Shown here one piece after another: positions 61,450-64,000 of a stretch of 64,000 nucleotides of DNA; within the stretch, counting starts at the first letter, position 1; each line of letters opens with the position of its first letter. A program made the translations under genes and the position numbers. This stretch comes from Mobula hypostoma (taxonomy: Eukaryota): assembly GCF_963921235.1 (NCBI RefSeq), contig NC_086108.1, positions 84,260,001 to 84,324,000 of the forward strand, written 5' to 3'. The notes under the pieces are model-generated. The model ran no database searches and had not been told where the DNA came from. It saw nothing but the letters and a program-made list of their open reading frames with translations.

Positions 61450-62183
61450 TGCTCTAAGCTGTGGTGTACAGAAAACTAACATTCGTCTAATTTCCACCAT
61501 AGGAGATACAATGATACCCACAGATTGCTCAAAATCAGGCTAGAACAAGGCTGCACAGTGTACTCATTTGAAAATAACATCAGACATTAGCCAGAGCTAA
61601 GGAAATGATGATGCATTTGAACTTGTCCAGCATCAATTACTGCTTTCTTGTCTTCTGCAGAGGAAGTGTGATATCTAATAGTGATATTATTAAACTGGGT
61701 GTACATTGAACAGGACACCCCATGATGTTGCACTAACCCATGTAAACTTACTCCGCAATCAATCAAACCTCCCATCCTACACAGCCCATAAAACTCCATT
61801 CTTTTACATACATGTGCCTATCAGAGAGTACCTTAAATGTTCCTATTGAATCAGCCTCCACCACGAGCCCAGGTAGTGTACCAGCCACTCTGTATAAAAA
61901 TCCTACCTCTGACATCTCACCCAAACTTTCCTCCACTCACCTTAAATGGATGCCCTCTGGCATTGGCCATTGCCACCATGGGAAAAATGTGCTGGGTATC
62001 CACTCTGTCTATGCCTCTCACATCTTATACACCTCTATCAAGTCACCTCTCACCCTCCTTCACCCTAGCTTACTCAGTATTTCCTCATAAGGGATGTTCT
62101 CTAATCCAGGCAGTATCCTGATAAATCTCCTGTGCACCCTCTCTAAAGCTTCTACATCCTTCCTATAATGAGGCAACTAGAAC

Positions 62184-62502
62184 CATGTTCCCTCCAAGGC
62201 ATATTTTGCTACTGGCGCACAAAGGAATTTAAACTGTGAACAAGAGGTTGTCACCCTCTACCTTGTTGGCATAAGTATATTTCACGATCGTACACAATCA
62301 CATTTCCTGTTCTGGTTTCTTTTGCAGACAGTGTTGACAATGTGGAGTTCGTGATTATTTGTCTGCAGATTTTAGAACTGGCTTACTTATATTGTTTTTA
62401 TTGAAGAAATTATTCAGTGTGCACAAGTTGTTGTCACTGGGCAAATAATTGCACAGCACAAGATTTTTGTGCACACTGGTCATTACAAATTAGAGGGAAC
62501 AG
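62184..62502. mobile_element. hAT-type MITE
   Basis: Inverted termini CATGTTCCCTC(C)AA / TTAGAGGGAACAG; 8-bp TSD actagaac (62176-62183) / actagaaa (62503-62510); interrupts the CR1 sequence. Confidence 0.75.
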
Positions 62503-62994
62503 ACTAGAAATAAACACAATACCCCAAGTGTGGTCTAACCTGAGTCTTATAGAGCTGCAACAATACCTCACGGCTCTTGAACGCAATGCCCGACTAATGA
62601 AGGCCAGCACACCATATGTTACATAACCACCCTGCTACCAGAGTGGCAACTCTGAGGAATCTATGAATTTGGACCCAAGATTGCTACAATCCTCCACACT
62701 AAGAATCCTGCATTAGCCTTGTACTCCAGCTCAAGTTTGATCTTCCAAAGAATATTACCTCACACTTGGCTAGTGTGAACTCCATTTTCCACTTCTCCAC
62801 TCAAATCTGCATTCTGTCTATGTCCTGTTGGAACCTATGACAACCTTCTACCCTATCCACAACACCACCAATGTCCACTTCATCTGCAAACTTATTAACC
62901 CACCCTTCCACTTCCTCATCCAACTCAGTTATAAAAATCACAGCGGGTAGGGGCCCCACAACAGATCCCTGCGGAACACTACTGGTCTCCAACT

Positions 62995-63625
62995 TCAGAG
63001 TAAAGTTCAGAGTAAATTTATTATCAAAGTACATATATGTCACCATATAGAACCCTGAGATCCATTTTCTTGTGGGCATTCACAGTAAGTACAAGAAACA
63101 CAATAGAATACACACAACAGGATAGACAGACAGCCAATGTGAAAAAGACAACAAATTGTGCAAACACAAAAGGAAAATAATAATAATAATAAATAAATAT
63201 TGTCAGCATGAGATGAAAAGACCTTGAAAGTGAGTCTATAGGTTGTGAGAAGAGTTCCACGATGCGGCAAGTGGAGCTGAGTGAAGTTATCTCCTCTGGT
63301 TCAGGAGCCTGATGGTTGATGTATAATGTTCCTGAACCCGGTTGTGTGGGTCCTGAGGCTCCTGCACCTTCTTCCTGATGGCAGCAGCTGAAAGAGAGTA
63401 TGGCCTGGATGGTGGGGCGATCCTTGACGATGGATGCTGCTTTCCTGCAACAGCATTCAATGGTGTGTTCAAGTTGTAGATGTGCTCAACAGTGGGGAGG
63501 ACTTTGCCCACATTGGACTGGGCAGCATCCACTACTTTTTGTAGGCTTTTCCATTTGAGGGCATTGGTGTTTACTTACCAGGTCATGATGTAGCCAATCA
63601 ATATACTCTCCACCACACATCTATA
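62995..63625 (-). mobile_element. Rex/Babar-type LINE 3' fragment
   Basis: Reverse complement of the family at 21180-22010 (tail 'tcagagtaaatttattatcaaagtacatatatgtcaccata'). Confidence 0.78.
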
Positions 63626-64000
63626 GAATTTCCATGGGTCCCATCCTCCAATCTGCTGGTGCTTTTCACATGGCCAGGAAGGACACAAAGATCACCATCA
63701 ACGCTCCAGTAACTTTTTTCCCGTAGTAAATTGTGGTATATCACATCTGGCACTGGGGACATATCTATCCAAATGTTTTTCTAACACTGCCTCTTTCTTA
63801 ACCTTGACAGACATGCTCCAGTACATTGCCTGTTGTACACCAATCTCACGTTCGTCAAAGTCCCTCTCTCTGGTGAACACTGAAGCAAGTATCCGTTAAG
63901 GAATTCCCCCATTTCCTCCATCTCCGGGTATATTCCCCCTTTATCTCAGAGTGGTCCTACTCTTACTCCAGTTATCCTCCTGTTGAACTCATTGGGGGTT

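Larger units (their letters stand above)
61700..63990 (-). mobile_element. Degraded CR1 LINE fragments hosting a hAT MITE and a Rex fragment
   Basis: SSVPQGSVVGP...NKFADE..IGG...QQDIDR (62801-62990); CR1 C-terminal and tail remnants at 61700-62180; further CR1 remnant at 63700-63990. Confidence 0.75.

Overview
Repeat-rich vertebrate genomic DNA. The repeat repertoire (V-domain/HE1-like SINEs, Deu-domain SINE, CR1, Rex/Babar, Penelope) points to a cartilaginous fish, probably a ray; this is inference. The window lies inside the sialyltransferase gene ST3GAL3 on the minus strand. Two short stem-region coding exons (48241-48280, 40 nt; 35233-35325, 93 nt) have canonical AG/GT sites and splice in frame to ...YDRLGFLKLDSRTSAELSYKNGNITEGGCRKGFASAQMTAIFPK...; I found neither the upstream transmembrane exon nor the catalytic exons, so they probably lie outside the window. 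The rest is intron filled with mobile DNA: a full-length L1 (8503-14414, 12-bp TSD, ORF2 broken only by one extra T in a homopolymer), two inverted Tigger deletion derivatives, a MER2-like Tigger remnant, a Tc1 remnant, a hAT MITE, a solo LTR, many CR1 and Rex fragments, SINEs, and Penelope-like elements whose tails carry minimal hammerhead-ribozyme motifs. Best leads: (1) the L1 5' terminus is complementary to a motif in its own inter-ORF spacer, where a uORF starts that stops 11 nt before ORF2; (2) intact Penelope hammerhead cores; (3) a Tigger end that appears nearly identical to mammalian MER2, a possible horizontal transfer; (4) a candidate ST3GAL3 poison exon. None is proven to be a new system from sequence alone.
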